Shown: positions 7,481 through 17,967, numbered from the stretch's first letter. The stretch: DNA of 34,743 nucleotides from Acidimicrobiaceae bacterium (GCA_027459565.1 DAIDIA010000061.1:1-34743), one strand, 5' to 3'. Notes: generated from the sequence alone by a model not told the origin. Program-made: numbers and translations.

Positions 7481-8616
7481 GCGAAATGCGGGGAGCACCT
7501 TCTGGTGTCAGCGGATTTCTTTCGATTCGCGAGGTTCTTGACGAATTGGTTGTCGAATTCGATGACGTGACGATATCCAAGATCCGATTCCTTGAGAGTC
7601 GAGGTCTCATCCACCCTGAGCGAACCCCCTCGGGATACCGAAAATTCTACCCGGCCGATGTTCAGCGACTGCGTTGGATTCTTCGTCAGCAGAAGGAGAA
7701 CTTCCTTCCATTAAAGGTCATCAAGCGTCGTCTTGACTTGGAGGACGGTCGCACCCCTGACCTTCCCGACAGTCCATCTCTCTTTGATGACGAGATGGAT
7801 CTCGACGATCGTGACCGAGAGCTCGCCTCGGTTGTTTCCAAGATTCGTCAGGTTGCTCGTGTGGTCACCGGTGCACAGAGCCCCGAACGCGAGTCTGTGA
7901 CGCACCAGGCGATTGTGAATGACTCCGTCTCTTCGATCCACGAAGTCGCCGAAGCGCCTCAGGGGCTTTCGAAGTCCCATCTGGCAGCCGTACCGGCGAC
8001 GACTGCGCTCTCGAATGGATTTGATGACTCAGATCACGAGGAGGCGAGCAGCGCGGGGATGCGCCATCCGAATCACCCTTCTCAGGCGGAGGCGGCCGAA
8101 GGGGGAACAGACCCGAACGGCGGAGCCCCCTCTCGCCAGAAGGCTCAAGCGTCGAACCTCGGCAAGGGTCCTTCGCCCGAGCAGGCTGGTCCGAGTTCAC
8201 CCGCAAAGAACATTTCAAAAGCCAACGTACTTTCAGATGTCTCATTTTCGATAGACGAGCTCGCGTCGGCGACGTCGACATCAGTCGAAGCCATTGCCGA
8301 GCTCGAGGAGTTCGGATTCATCTCAAGCGAGCTTGTCGGTGGGATACCGTGCTTTGATGGCGACGATGTCATTGTCGCAAAGACCATCATCAGCCTCAGG
8401 TCCTACGGTTTGGAGCCTCGTCACCTGAAGTCCATCCGACATGCCGCCGAACGCGACGCCTCGCTATACGGCCAAGTCGTCACTCCACTCTTGCGCCAGC
8501 GCAATCCCGAATCGCGGGCGAAAGCAAAGTCCCAGTTGGATGATCTGGCCGAACGGGGAGTAACGCTCTACGCACAAATCCTCCGTGCCGAACTGCGCCG
8601 ACTTATCGGAGGCTAG
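7477..8616 (+). CDS. MerR-family transcriptional regulator, FtsR (Rv1828)-like, with a long low-complexity linker
   Basis: The N-terminal MerR HTH reads LSIREVLDELVVEFDDVTISKIRFLESRGLIHPERTPSGYRKFYPADVQRL. Roughly 170 aa of Ser/Pro/Ala/Glu-rich sequence follows, then a conserved C-terminal domain. Syntenic with the FHA gene and gcvH. Confidence 0.8.
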   Translation: MSEMRGAPSGVSGFLSIREVLDELVVEFDDVTISKIRFLESRGLIHPERTPSGYRKFYPADVQRLRWILRQQKENFLPLKVIKRRLDLEDGRTPDLPDSPSLFDDEMDLDDRDRELASVVSKIRQVARVVTGAQSPERESVTHQAIVNDSVSSIHEVAEAPQGLSKSHLAAVPATTALSNGFDDSDHEEASSAGMRHPNHPSQAEAAEGGTDPNGGAPSRQKAQASNLGKGPSPEQAGPSSPAKNISKANVLSDVSFSIDELASATSTSVEAIAELEEFGFISSELVGGIPCFDGDDVIVAKTIISLRSYGLEPRHLKSIRHAAERDASLYGQVVTPLLRQRNPESRAKAKSQLDDLAERGVTLYAQILRAELRRLIGG

Positions 8617-8730
8617 GGACTCCTTCGGGGTCGTTCACGCAATTCACCTCACTGAGGCGGGTCGGATTATGGGCGATATGGCCCAGCGGAACTACCGGGC
8701 GCCAGCGCGGGTCTCGGTAGACTTTCAGCC

Positions 8731-9231
8731 ATGCGCGAGGTTCAGCTAACCGGAGTGAGGGTCGACCTCCAGACCAATACGCCGATCGTCTTGCTCGAGG
8801 AAGTCTACGGCGACAGAACTCTTCCGATCTTTATCGGCTCTGCCGAGGCTTCCGCGATCGCATTCGCTTTGGAGGGTGTTGAGGTTCCGCGACCGATGAC
8901 TCACGACCTCATGAACAACCTCCTGGACGAGCTTGGCGCAGAACTTGTCCGAGTGGTGATTTCAGAGGTCAAGGATGGCACGTACTACGCCGAACTCCAT
9001 GTCCGGGCGCACGGTGATGATCATGTGGTGTCATCGCGTCCTTCAGATGCGATCGCACTCGCCATCAGAAGCGGCTCTCCCATGTATGTGGCCGACAGCC
9101 TAATTGAGAACGCGCCCCGTCTCATCGAAGAACCCGAAGATGAAAGCACCACGGACAACGAAGCACCGGAGGAGATCGTCGACGAGTTCCTTGAGTTCCT
9201 CGACAACGTCCGACCAGAGGACTTCGAATAG
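8731..9231 (+). CDS. bifunctional nuclease family protein (DUF151, Rv1829-like)
   Basis: Contains PIVLLEE...LPIFIGSAEASAIAFALEG...PRPMTHDLM...VISEVKDGTYYAEL and an acidic C-terminal tail. Confidence 0.8.
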   Translation: MREVQLTGVRVDLQTNTPIVLLEEVYGDRTLPIFIGSAEASAIAFALEGVEVPRPMTHDLMNNLLDELGAELVRVVISEVKDGTYYAELHVRAHGDDHVVSSRPSDAIALAIRSGSPMYVADSLIENAPRLIEEPEDESTTDNEAPEEIVDEFLEFLDNVRPEDFE

Positions 9232-9279
9232 GACAAGCTCTCCCGGTGATCGTTTCGAGCCCTGCCCACGTCGATCTCA

Positions 9280-9308
9280 TTGACGGGCTTTCCCAGTGGT
9301 CCTAGGCT
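9280..9308 (+). promoter_or_regulatory. sigma-70/SigA-like promoter (TTGACG, 17 nt, TAGGCT) for the second MerR gene
   Basis: The -35 TTGACG is at 9280-9285, the spacer is exactly 17 nt, and the -10 TAGGCT is at 9303-9308. A palindrome GGCGTA-AC-TACGCC (9318-9331) lies just downstream. Confidence 0.4.
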
Positions 9309-9389
9309 GATCACACTGGCGTAACTACGCCAATGTGGTCCATATTGGGCCAGAAGTTAGTGATTTCGCGGGAAAGAGGTCCGGACACA

Positions 9390-9869
9390 ATGACGACCGA
9401 CGCTGAACAGGGATTTCGAGGTACCAAAGTCTGCAAGATTGTCGGAATCAGTTACCGGCAACTTGACTACTGGGCACGGACCGGACTCTTGCGCCCATCG
9501 CTCGAAGAGGCGAAAGGAAGCGGCTCGCAGCGCCTGTATTCCTACGAGGACGTAGTGGAGTTGAAGGTGATCAAGCAACTGCTTGACGCCGGCATCAATC
9601 TTCAACAGTCGCGCCGCGCCATTGCGTGTTTGCGTGACGCAGGAGAGGATCTTTCGCGTTCAAACTTGGTGATAGCGGGCAAACACAGCGTGCTTGCCCG
9701 TTCCGGCGAGGAGATCGTTGATCTGCTTCAGGGGGGCCAGGGGGTATTCAACATTGTCCCGCTCGCAGGAGTAGTCGACGAGGTCAATGCCGCAATTGTC
9801 GAGTTCGCTGAGGCAAAGGCGGACACCCCATCGAGTGGAAACCCTTCGCAGATCTCCATTGCAAACTGA
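9390..9869 (+). CDS. MerR-family transcriptional regulator (Rv1830-like)
   Basis: The HTH reads TKVCKIVGISYRQLDYWARTGLLRPS...RLYSYEDVVELKVIKQLLDAGINL. ATG 9390 is preceded by AAAGAGG. The ORF track allows 9333. Confidence 0.8.
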   Translation: MTTDAEQGFRGTKVCKIVGISYRQLDYWARTGLLRPSLEEAKGSGSQRLYSYEDVVELKVIKQLLDAGINLQQSRRAIACLRDAGEDLSRSNLVIAGKHSVLARSGEEIVDLLQGGQGVFNIVPLAGVVDEVNAAIVEFAEAKADTPSSGNPSQISIAN

Positions 9870-9936
9870 GTTCTTGACTCGTGGCGCAGTCCAATCGTTC
9901 CCCTAGTCTCGCCGCATCGATACGGATTTCCGAGCA

Positions 9937-10992
9937 GTGAGTCTTAAGCGGAGTCCCCTTCATCAAGAGCACCTCGAGCTCGGAGCCAAGCTCACCGAAT
10001 TTGGTGGCTGGGAGATGCCGCTTTCCTACCCGAGCGGGACCATTGCGGAACATATGGCATGTCGGAGTGGCGCCGTGGCGTTCGATGTCAGCCACCTCGG
10101 GACTGTTCGCCTCGAGGGTGAGGAGTCATTCGCGCTCCTGCAGGAAAGCTTTACGAACGACCTTCGCAAGATCACACCCGGCAGGGCGCAGTACACGCAT
10201 CTCCTTGACCCTAACGACGCCTCCGTCGTCGACGACATCATCGTCTGGTGGGTAGATTCGCATCGATTTGACGTCATGCCAAACGCCTCGAATACCCTCG
10301 GCGTGCGTTCGGTGATCGGCGGAACAGACGTGACATCAAGTCGTTCGATTATCGCCGTGCAAGGTCCTCGGTCTCGCGAGATTGTGGGTCGCAGATTTCC
10401 CGAAATCGCCTCCGTGGCACACTACGGCGTCGCGAGATTCGACTTCATGGGAGCACCTTGCGTCGTTGCTGGGACCGGATATACGGGCGAGGATGGATTC
10501 GAATGTGCCGTTGACGCCGCGGTCGCACGCGAGTTCTGGAGGGAGATCCTCTCTTCCGGAGTGCTGCCTGCGGGCCTTGGCGCGCGCGATACTCTCCGAC
10601 TCGAGGCAGCGTTGCCGCTTCACTCTCATGAGCTGGGACCCGGTATCACACCGTTGCAGGCGGGACTCGGGTGGGTAGTGTCGTGGGACAAAGGGGAGTT
10701 TCTGGGCCGGAAGGCTCTTGAGGCAGAGCGACAGAGGGGAGTATCCCGACGACTGCGTGCACTGTGCTCATCTGGACGCAGGCCGCCACACCCCGGAGAC
10801 CTGATCCTCTCGCGCGGCGAACCCGATGGAATGGTGACGAGCGGCAACTTCTCTCCAGTACTCGGCCGTGGAATTGCGCTCGGATTCGTTTCACCGGATC
10901 TGACGGTCGGAGCCGTGACTGAAATCGAAACTCGCGGGTCACGAACCGAGGCGCTGATCGTTAAGCCGCCGTTTCATCACCTTTCGATTTGA
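9937..10992 (+). CDS. gcvT: glycine cleavage system aminomethyltransferase T protein
   Basis: Contains SPLHQEHLELGAKLTEFGGWEMPLSY, DVSHLG and GTGYTGEDGFE. GTG start. Confidence 0.95.
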   Translation: MSLKRSPLHQEHLELGAKLTEFGGWEMPLSYPSGTIAEHMACRSGAVAFDVSHLGTVRLEGEESFALLQESFTNDLRKITPGRAQYTHLLDPNDASVVDDIIVWWVDSHRFDVMPNASNTLGVRSVIGGTDVTSSRSIIAVQGPRSREIVGRRFPEIASVAHYGVARFDFMGAPCVVAGTGYTGEDGFECAVDAAVAREFWREILSSGVLPAGLGARDTLRLEAALPLHSHELGPGITPLQAGLGWVVSWDKGEFLGRKALEAERQRGVSRRLRALCSSGRRPPHPGDLILSRGEPDGMVTSGNFSPVLGRGIALGFVSPDLTVGAVTEIETRGSRTEALIVKPPFHHLSI

Positions 10993-11106
10993 TCCGCGCC
11001 GCCACTCTGGCTATACGCTCTCATGGTCAGTCTCCAGTTGTGTCGAACCGACGAAAACCCGGGATTCGCGCGACAATGACGAAGATCCCAAAAGCAAGGA
11101 AGAACT

Positions 11107-12465
11107 GTGCCTGATTTCGTTCCCCACACCCACGAAGACGTCGTTCAGATGCTCGAGTTCCTCGGCCTTAAGTCGACCGAGGAACTCTTCAGCGCGATTC
11201 CGGAGGCGATACGCCTCGCAGGGGGACTCGCGCTCGACAAGGGTCTCTCTGAGGCCGATGTGGCCGCGGAGTTGGCCAGGATTGGACAACGGAACCTGAC
11301 TACAGGCGCGGAAAGAAATGGACTCGTGTGCTTTGCCGGAGGCGGGTCGTACGACCATGAAATTCCTGCGGTCACCCGGGCACTGGCTGGACGGTCCGAG
11401 TTCGTTACCGCCTATACCCCTTACCAGCCCGAGGTCGCCCAGGGCGTGCTGGAGGCGCTTTTCGAGTACCAGACCTTCATCTCCAGGATCACCGGTCTTC
11501 CGATATCGAACTCCTCGCTTTATGACGGCTCTGCAGCCCTTGTAGAGGCTGTGAACCTCGCAGTTGCCGAGACACACTCGTCTCGAGTGATTGTGTCGAC
11601 GGGAATACATCCGAATTGGAGGCGGGTTCTCGCCACCTTCGCGAAGGGAACCGGGCACGAGATCGAGGAGGTCCGACTCGTCGACGGACTCACCGACTGG
11701 AACTCGGTCCCGGGTGACAAGGGTGGCTGCGTCGTCGTGGGCTTCCCGAACTATGTCGGCGCCATAGAATCTCTCGCCAAGGCGCGTTCGCTAGCTGACC
11801 GTCTCGGCGCGTTGCTTGTCGTGTGTCAAGATCCGGTCTCCGCAGGGCTTCTCCACAGTCCGGGCCTTCACGGTGCCGATGTCGTCGTCGGTGAGGCGCA
11901 AGCGTTCGGCACCGCACTCTCCTTCGGAGGGCCATATCTCGGATTCTTTGCCTGTGCCGAACGTCTTGTGCGGCGACTACCAGGACGACTCGTGGGCGAG
12001 ACCATCGATCTCGGCGGCACACGTTCCTATGTCACGACGCTGCGGGCACGGGAACAGGACATCCGGCGCGAGAAGGCCTCTTCGAACGTCTGCACGAACG
12101 AAACCCTGATGGCAATCACCGCAGCAATTCAGCTCGGATGGCTCGGAACAGAGGGAATCCGCGAAATTGCCATAGCGGGAGCCCGCGCGGCCAACTACGC
12201 ACGAGGGTGTTTCGCCGACGATCCCGACATCTCCTTTGCAACGCATGCGCCAATGTTCCGCGAGTTCGCTCTTCGGTTGCCCATACCTGCCAGCGAGGCC
12301 ATTGATCGCCTTCTTGACGAGGGTTATCTCGCAGGTATCGCGCTCCGCGAGGGCTATGAAGGCACCGATCTCGAAGAGACGATGCTGCTTGCATTCACGG
12401 AACGAAGAACAAAGGAAGAGATCGACCACTTTGCCTCGGCCCTTCGAAAGGTGGTCCGTCGATGA
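11107..12465 (+). CDS. gcvPA: glycine dehydrogenase (decarboxylating) subunit 1
   Basis: 452 aa. Contains AYTPYQPEVAQGVLEALFEYQT and CTNETLMA. AAGGAAG lies upstream of GTG 11107. Confidence 0.95.
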   Translation: MPDFVPHTHEDVVQMLEFLGLKSTEELFSAIPEAIRLAGGLALDKGLSEADVAAELARIGQRNLTTGAERNGLVCFAGGGSYDHEIPAVTRALAGRSEFVTAYTPYQPEVAQGVLEALFEYQTFISRITGLPISNSSLYDGSAALVEAVNLAVAETHSSRVIVSTGIHPNWRRVLATFAKGTGHEIEEVRLVDGLTDWNSVPGDKGGCVVVGFPNYVGAIESLAKARSLADRLGALLVVCQDPVSAGLLHSPGLHGADVVVGEAQAFGTALSFGGPYLGFFACAERLVRRLPGRLVGETIDLGGTRSYVTTLRAREQDIRREKASSNVCTNETLMAITAAIQLGWLGTEGIREIAIAGARAANYARGCFADDPDISFATHAPMFREFALRLPIPASEAIDRLLDEGYLAGIALREGYEGTDLEETMLLAFTERRTKEEIDHFASALRKVVRR

Positions 12466-14000
12466 CTCAGCAGGCCCCGCGACCGGGAGCTGGCCGCGCT
12501 GCGAGCGCGCCACTGGTCGGCAATGCAAGCGAGCCGACGTTGTTCGAATTCTCGTCTCCGGGTCGACGGGCATATTCCCTCCGCACGACCGGTGTTCCCG
12601 GGCTATCGGCCAAAGAGCTGATTCCCGCAGAATACCTGAGAGACGACGCGCTCGAGCTCGCGGAGGTATCTGAACGAGATCTCGTTGGCCACTTCACGCG
12701 GCTGGCGCATCGGCAGTACTGCGTAGATCTCGGGGCGTATCCCTTGGGATCGTGCACGATGAAATACAACCCCAAGATCTGTGATGAGGCGGCCTCGCTT
12801 CGTTCATTCGCCGGCGTCCATCCGTCCACCCCTGTCCGTGCCGCGCAGGGGTGGATGCAGATTCTCGTGGAGCTCGAAGAGATGCTCTGTTCAATCACTG
12901 GAATGGCTGCCGCGACACTGCAACCCGCTGCCGGTGCGGCCGGTGAACTCACTGGACTGCTTCTCATGCGCGCGTTCCACGAGGCGCGCGGAGACCATCG
13001 CTCGAAGGTCATCATCCCGGACTCGGCCCACGGTACGAATCCGGCCTCTGTAACTCTTGGTGGCTACGAGGTCGTGACAGTAGGGTCCGACGGACGCGGC
13101 TTTGTGAATGTCGCCCAGCTGAAAGATGCTCTCGGTCCAGACATCGCGGGGATCATGCTCACGAATCCCAATACGCTTGGCCTCTTCGAGGAGGACATCG
13201 TTGAGATTGCCAGACTCGTCCACGAGGTCGGTGGCCTTTTGTACTACGACGGTGCAAACCTCAATCCGATCCTTGGCGTCGTGCGGCCAGGAGATATGGG
13301 TTTTGACATCGTGCATATGAATCTGCACAAGACATTCGCCACCCCTCACGGAGGTGGCGGACCAGGTGCAGGGCCTGTAGCAGTCAGCCAACGTCTCGTT
13401 GGATACCTTCCCGGACCGCGACCCGTGCGAAGCGCAGCCGCCTCGGACGAGTTCATACTCGAACAACCCGCTCATTCGATCGGTCGGGTGCATACGTACT
13501 ACGGCAACTCCCTGGTGCTTTTGCGAGCATGGACCTATATACGTCTTAATGGCGCAGAGGGGCTTCGGCGTGTCGCGGATGTTGCCGTGTTGAACGCAAA
13601 CTGGTTACGCGAGAAGCTCCGTGGGTTCTACGATTTTCCCTATGACCACCCGGTCATGCACGAATGCGTCATATCCGTCTCGTCACTCAAAAAGACCACG
13701 GGAGTGCGCGCTCTCGATGTTGCGAAGCGGCTTCTTGAGTTCGGCTTCCACGCTCCAACCGTATATTTCCCGCTCATCGTGGACGAGGCATTGATGATCG
13801 AACCCACTGAGACCGAGAGCCCCGAGACGATCGCTGCGCTGGCCGCGGCGCTTGTCGAAATTGCGCAGGAGGCGGCACGCGAGAGGGAAGAGGGGACGGC
13901 GTTGACCGCTGCGCACGCGCCGAGGTCGACCCCGGTCCAACGAGTCGACGAGGCAAGAGCGGCCCGTCAACTGGTTTCGACATTCGACGCCCGCCGGTAG
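12462..14000 (+). CDS. gcvPB: glycine dehydrogenase (decarboxylating) subunit 2
   Basis: 512 aa. Contains the PLP-lysine motif HMNLHKTFATPHGGGGPG. ATGA overlap with gcvPA. Confidence 0.95.
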   Translation: MTQQAPRPGAGRAASAPLVGNASEPTLFEFSSPGRRAYSLRTTGVPGLSAKELIPAEYLRDDALELAEVSERDLVGHFTRLAHRQYCVDLGAYPLGSCTMKYNPKICDEAASLRSFAGVHPSTPVRAAQGWMQILVELEEMLCSITGMAAATLQPAAGAAGELTGLLLMRAFHEARGDHRSKVIIPDSAHGTNPASVTLGGYEVVTVGSDGRGFVNVAQLKDALGPDIAGIMLTNPNTLGLFEEDIVEIARLVHEVGGLLYYDGANLNPILGVVRPGDMGFDIVHMNLHKTFATPHGGGGPGAGPVAVSQRLVGYLPGPRPVRSAAASDEFILEQPAHSIGRVHTYYGNSLVLLRAWTYIRLNGAEGLRRVADVAVLNANWLREKLRGFYDFPYDHPVMHECVISVSSLKKTTGVRALDVAKRLLEFGFHAPTVYFPLIVDEALMIEPTETESPETIAALAAALVEIAQEAAREREEGTALTAAHAPRSTPVQRVDEARAARQLVSTFDARR

Positions 14001-14093
14001 GAATCCGCGAGCTCGAGCGTCTTGCTGCGTGCTGTTGCTTTATGCAAACAGCTCGCATTAAGCTTCGGTCTTGAAATCGACCGGAGAAGACCT

Positions 14094-15239
14094 GTGAGCA
14101 CAAGGCTCAATCGACTCAAACATGCGCTCTCGCCACCGGAGTGGCGGCGGATCGCGGGAATGTCACTCTTTGTCCTGCTTTTGCACGTCGTCGGATGGGG
14201 CCTCTTCGTCTTCGTGATCCTTCCCGCGCACTATCACCTACTGGGAATCGGAGTAGCAGTCACCGCTTACACCCTTGGTGCTCGGCACGCGTTTGATGCG
14301 GACCATATTTCGGCCATCGACAATACGACGCGCAAGTTCATGGCTGAGGGCAAACGGCCTCTGAGCGTGGGATTCTGGTTCTCTCTGGGGCATTCATCGA
14401 TAGTTGTGGGCCTCGGCATCGCGCTGACGATTGCAGCGAAAGCCGTGTTCTCTCAGGTGAGCCACGGCAACTCGGGTCTTGCGAGTTTCGGTGGAGTCGT
14501 CGGCACTGCAGTCTCCGGATCCTTCTTGTACCTCATCGCGATCTTGAACCTGGTGATCCTGATCTCGATCTCGAAGATCTTCGTTGCCATGCGAAAGGGC
14601 CTCTACGACGAGGACGAACTAGAGGAACAGCTCCAGGCGCGTGGGCTCATGTTCCGGATCTTCGGCAAGATGATGAAGAGCATCTCGGAGCCGTGGCACA
14701 TGTACATCGTCGGTCTGCTCTTTGGACTCGGGTTCGATACTGCGACGGAAATCGCCCTCTTGGCCGCCACGGCGGGTGCGGCTGAATCACGATTGCCCTG
14801 GTACGCCGTACTCGCACTACCAATCCTTTTCACCGCGGGCATGAGCCTGCTTGACACGATCGACGGCTCGTTCATGAACTTCGCATACGGATGGGCATTT
14901 GCCCGACCGGTGCGCAAGGTCTATTACAACATCACGATAACGGGGCTGTCCGTCGCGGTGGCCATGATCATCGGCACGATCGAGATGCTGGGATTGATCG
15001 CCAACGAGGCGCATCTCGGAGGCGCATTCTGGCGCCAGATGGCGACATTCAACATCAACATTGCCGGGATCATCATTGCCGGGATGTTCGTCTTCGTCTG
15101 GATTGCCGCCTTGCTTCTCTGGAGATTCGGACGAATTGAACAACGTTGGGACCGTGCCGCGACGAGAGCGCGCGAGGAGCGACGTATTCACGAAGCGTCA
15201 ACGGTGGCAATTCCAGAGGCCGTCAGCTCCGTTCAATGA
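14094..15239 (+). CDS. HoxN/HupN/NixA (NiCoT) family nickel/cobalt permease
   Basis: Contains the signatures RHAFDADHISAIDN and GLGFDTATEI, with about 8 TM segments. I prefer GTG 14094 (GGAG 7-10 nt upstream). The ORF track allows 14022. Confidence 0.85.
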   Translation: MSTRLNRLKHALSPPEWRRIAGMSLFVLLLHVVGWGLFVFVILPAHYHLLGIGVAVTAYTLGARHAFDADHISAIDNTTRKFMAEGKRPLSVGFWFSLGHSSIVVGLGIALTIAAKAVFSQVSHGNSGLASFGGVVGTAVSGSFLYLIAILNLVILISISKIFVAMRKGLYDEDELEEQLQARGLMFRIFGKMMKSISEPWHMYIVGLLFGLGFDTATEIALLAATAGAAESRLPWYAVLALPILFTAGMSLLDTIDGSFMNFAYGWAFARPVRKVYYNITITGLSVAVAMIIGTIEMLGLIANEAHLGGAFWRQMATFNINIAGIIIAGMFVFVWIAALLLWRFGRIEQRWDRAATRAREERRIHEASTVAIPEAVSSVQ

Positions 15240-15295
15240 ACTGATTCGCCCGGCTCACCGGGGGGAGGAGGAGGGGAGCACCTCCAAGGACTTCG

Positions 15296-16888
15296 TTATT
15301 CGATGGGAATTGCGATCTCACCGATCTCGGACTGCGAGTGATGGGACTGCATCGGTTTCTTCGGAAGCAACAGCGCCAGTCCAAAAGCGATGATTGAGAC
15401 TGGTATCGAGGTGCGAAAGACAACATCCAGCGCGTTTGTGTAGCTGGAGGCGATGACATCGTGAATCGGCAACGGCAGCGCGTTCATCGCCCTCGGCGTC
15501 AAGGCCGAGGTATTGAGATGGCCCGTGTAGCCAATTGCACCGAGGTTTCGCTTGAGATTGCCAACGAGGATATTGGTGAAAATGGCCCCGAATATCGCAG
15601 TACCGAAGGAGCCACCGATTGATCGAAAGAAGGTGATCCCGGAGGTAGCGGCCCCGATCTCAGATGGTGGAACGGCGTTCTGGGTCGCGATCACGAGCAC
15701 CTGCAGCACACAGCCGAGCCCGATGCCGAACAGAAACATGAATGCATAGAACACGAGGTAGTTGGTGTGGGAGTTCAGCAGGGAGAAAAGACCAAGCCCG
15801 ACCGTCATGAGAACCGTGCCGATGATGGGAAATTTTCGATAGTGACCGGTTCGGGCGATGATCTGTCCCGACCAGACCGAAGTGCCGACGATACCGAGCA
15901 TCATCGGAAGGAGACGGAGACCCGAAGACGTCGGATCCACGCCACGCACAATCTGGAGAAAGACGGGAAGAAAAACGATGGACCCGAACATCGAGAATCC
16001 CATGACAAAACTGACTGCGCTTGACACCGCAAAGGAGCGATTGCGAAAGAGATGGAGCGAAAGCACCGGCTCGACAGCTCGACGCTCCGCGATCGCCCAG
16101 AGCACCGTGCACAGGACGCCACCGATTCCGAGAAGGTACATCGGTGTCGACCTCCAGGCGTAGGTGTTCCCTCCAAGACTCGTGAAGAGGACAAACGCCG
16201 TCGCGGCGAGGGCAATGAATGCGGTTCCGAGATAGTCGATCACGTGCGGATGCTTGGTAAGACGCCCCGGAACCAGCAGCGCCACGGCAATCACCGCGAC
16301 AATGCCGATGGGAATATTGATGTAGAAGATCCATCGCCACGTGAGATGGGTAACGAACACTCCACCGAGAAGCGGTCCAACGACGCTTGCGAGGCCCCAG
16401 ACGCCACCGAATATCCCCTGATACTTGCCTCGGTCGCGGGGAGGCACAATATCGGCAACGATCGAAAAACCCCCGACGAAAAGTCCACCGCTGCCAAGAC
16501 CCTGGATGGCTCGGAACACAATCAACTCGACCATCGAGTGGCTGAGTCCGGCAAGGACCGAGCCCGCAAGAAAGAGGAAGATTGACGCCTGAAAGAACTG
16601 CTTGCGTCCGTACTGGTCCCCAAGCTTGCCCCAAAGCGGAGTAGAGGCGGTCGAGGCAAGAAGGTAGGCGGTGACGACCCACGACAGATGCGAGGCGCCC
16701 TTGAGGTCCGCGACAATTGTCGGCAAGGCGGTCGAGACGATCGTCTGGTCGAGTGCGGCGAGAAACACACCGAGCATCAGAGCGCCCATGATGATGTGGC
16801 GGCGGCGAACCGTGACGTTGATCGGAGCCTCGCTGGGCATCTGGAAGCCCGTTGTCGAAACCGTGGTCACCTCGTTGGACATCAGCAT
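15296..16888 (-). CDS. MFS transporter, DHA2 (EmrB/QacA, 14-TMS) drug:H+ antiporter type
   Basis: 530 aa. Contains [13 protein letters not shown] and motif A-like [11 protein letters not shown], with about 14 hydrophobic segments. ATG 16882 with AAGGA upstream is an alternative start. Confidence 0.85.
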   Translation of the reverse strand: MLMSNEVTTVSTTGFQMPSEAPINVTVRRRHIIMGALMLGVFLAALDQTIVSTALPTIVADLKGASHLSWVVTAYLLASTASTPLWGKLGDQYGRKQFFQASIFLFLAGSVLAGLSHSMVELIVFRAIQGLGSGGLFVGGFSIVADIVPPRDRGKYQGIFGGVWGLASVVGPLLGGVFVTHLTWRWIFYINIPIGIVAVIAVALLVPGRLTKHPHVIDYLGTAFIALAATAFVLFTSLGGNTYAWRSTPMYLLGIGGVLCTVLWAIAERRAVEPVLSLHLFRNRSFAVSSAVSFVMGFSMFGSIVFLPVFLQIVRGVDPTSSGLRLLPMMLGIVGTSVWSGQIIARTGHYRKFPIIGTVLMTVGLGLFSLLNSHTNYLVFYAFMFLFGIGLGCVLQVLVIATQNAVPPSEIGAATSGITFFRSIGGSFGTAIFGAIFTNILVGNLKRNLGAIGYTGHLNTSALTPRAMNALPLPIHDVIASSYTNALDVVFRTSIPVSIIAFGLALLLPKKPMQSHHSQSEIGEIAIPIE

Positions 16889-16924
16889 TCCTTTCAGAGA
16901 ATCGTCAACTCCGCGTCAAACACG

Positions 16925-16974
16925 AACAAAATGAAAGATAAATCGGGATCTGATCGAAGCTATTCGAGCAGATC
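16925..16974 (-). terminator. candidate intrinsic terminator after the CcdA-like gene
   Basis: A 12-bp stem with 11/12 paired (16947-16958 against 16963-16974) and a 4-nt loop overlaps the stop codon. On the minus strand it is followed by the T-rich CCGATTTATCTTTCATTTTGTT. Confidence 0.45.
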
Positions 16975-17848
16975 AGACTCTCTCGCCGCGTGGCTCTCGC
17001 CGACGATCTGGACGGCCAAAAAACACAAGAACCAAGACGACGACAACGAGAATCACGCCGAGCGTCCCACCAAGCATAGAGGCATGGTCTTGGACATATG
17101 TCGCAACGTGCGATTGAATCCTCTCCACGAAAACAAGCACGGGATTTGACCCGAGGGGATCGACGATCGCCGAGAACCAGTAGACCGTCATGTAGACGCC
17201 GACGGCGATCAGTATGACTCCGCCCAGAGGTCCCACGAAAGGGGAGAGGATCCGGAATCGTCGAACTGTCGCGAGTTCCGTGAGCGACATGACCAGCGCG
17301 ACGATCGTAAGCAACAGGCCCATCCCAAGGGCATAGGCGATAAACGTTTCGATTCCATGGACAAAGCCACGATGGGAAAACGACGATGCGACCCCGCCAA
17401 GGAATATCGGAAGCGAGCATCCGAGCGACGCGACGCCATAAGAGAGTCCAAACAGGCCAATGGCGAGTGGCCGTCGCTGTGCGAGCCCTGGCCGAATCTC
17501 GGGAAGATGGAAGTTCACGCGTCTACCGCTGAGCGTTGCGATGCCATACACGACGAGCGCGATTCCCATGAGTACAAGCGGGTAACGAGCCCATGAGGCC
17601 GTCAGGTTCGAGACCCCGGAAAGCCCCGCCTCGGTGAGAATTCCGATAAGACCAAACAGCAAGACGAACCCGCAGGTCGCGTAGGCGCCTGCCGACAGCC
17701 CTCGTCGGACCTTTGTGGCGACCGGGAGGGAAGCTGGTTCCTTTCCCTCAATGAATAACGAGAGATAGACCGGCAGAAGGGGAAACCCGCAGGGATTGAC
17801 CGCAGCGACAAGTCCAAGCGTGAAGGGGTAGAGGAGCCAGCTATTCAT
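16973..17848 (-). CDS. cytochrome c biogenesis CcdA / DsbD-transmembrane-domain family thiol-disulfide transporter
   Basis: Contains the two conserved Cys segments AAVNPCGFPLLPVY and ASLGCSLPIFLG. Polytopic membrane protein. No adjacent thioredoxin-like partner. Confidence 0.75.
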   Translation of the reverse strand: MNSWLLYPFTLGLVAAVNPCGFPLLPVYLSLFIEGKEPASLPVATKVRRGLSAGAYATCGFVLLFGLIGILTEAGLSGVSNLTASWARYPLVLMGIALVVYGIATLSGRRVNFHLPEIRPGLAQRRPLAIGLFGLSYGVASLGCSLPIFLGGVASSFSHRGFVHGIETFIAYALGMGLLLTIVALVMSLTELATVRRFRILSPFVGPLGGVILIAVGVYMTVYWFSAIVDPLGSNPVLVFVERIQSHVATYVQDHASMLGGTLGVILVVVVLVLVFFGRPDRRREPRGERV

Positions 17849-17967
17849 CGGGAGTGGGGCTCATTTGCCAAATGCGAGAGTCGCCGGGACGCGAAGGCGC
17901 TGATGTCCACAGCACGATGATATGTCTCGAGGGATCGCTTTCCTTGCGCGGAAGGTATCGACCACGG

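Noticed and set aside
11011-11658. 215-aa minus-strand ORF
   Set aside because: It is antisense to the 5' part of gcvPA and has no motifs.
15660-16682. 340-aa minus-strand ORF in an alternative frame inside the MFS gene
   Set aside because: It is extremely Arg/Ser/Cys-rich. The MFS frame has motif A and 14 hydrophobic segments.
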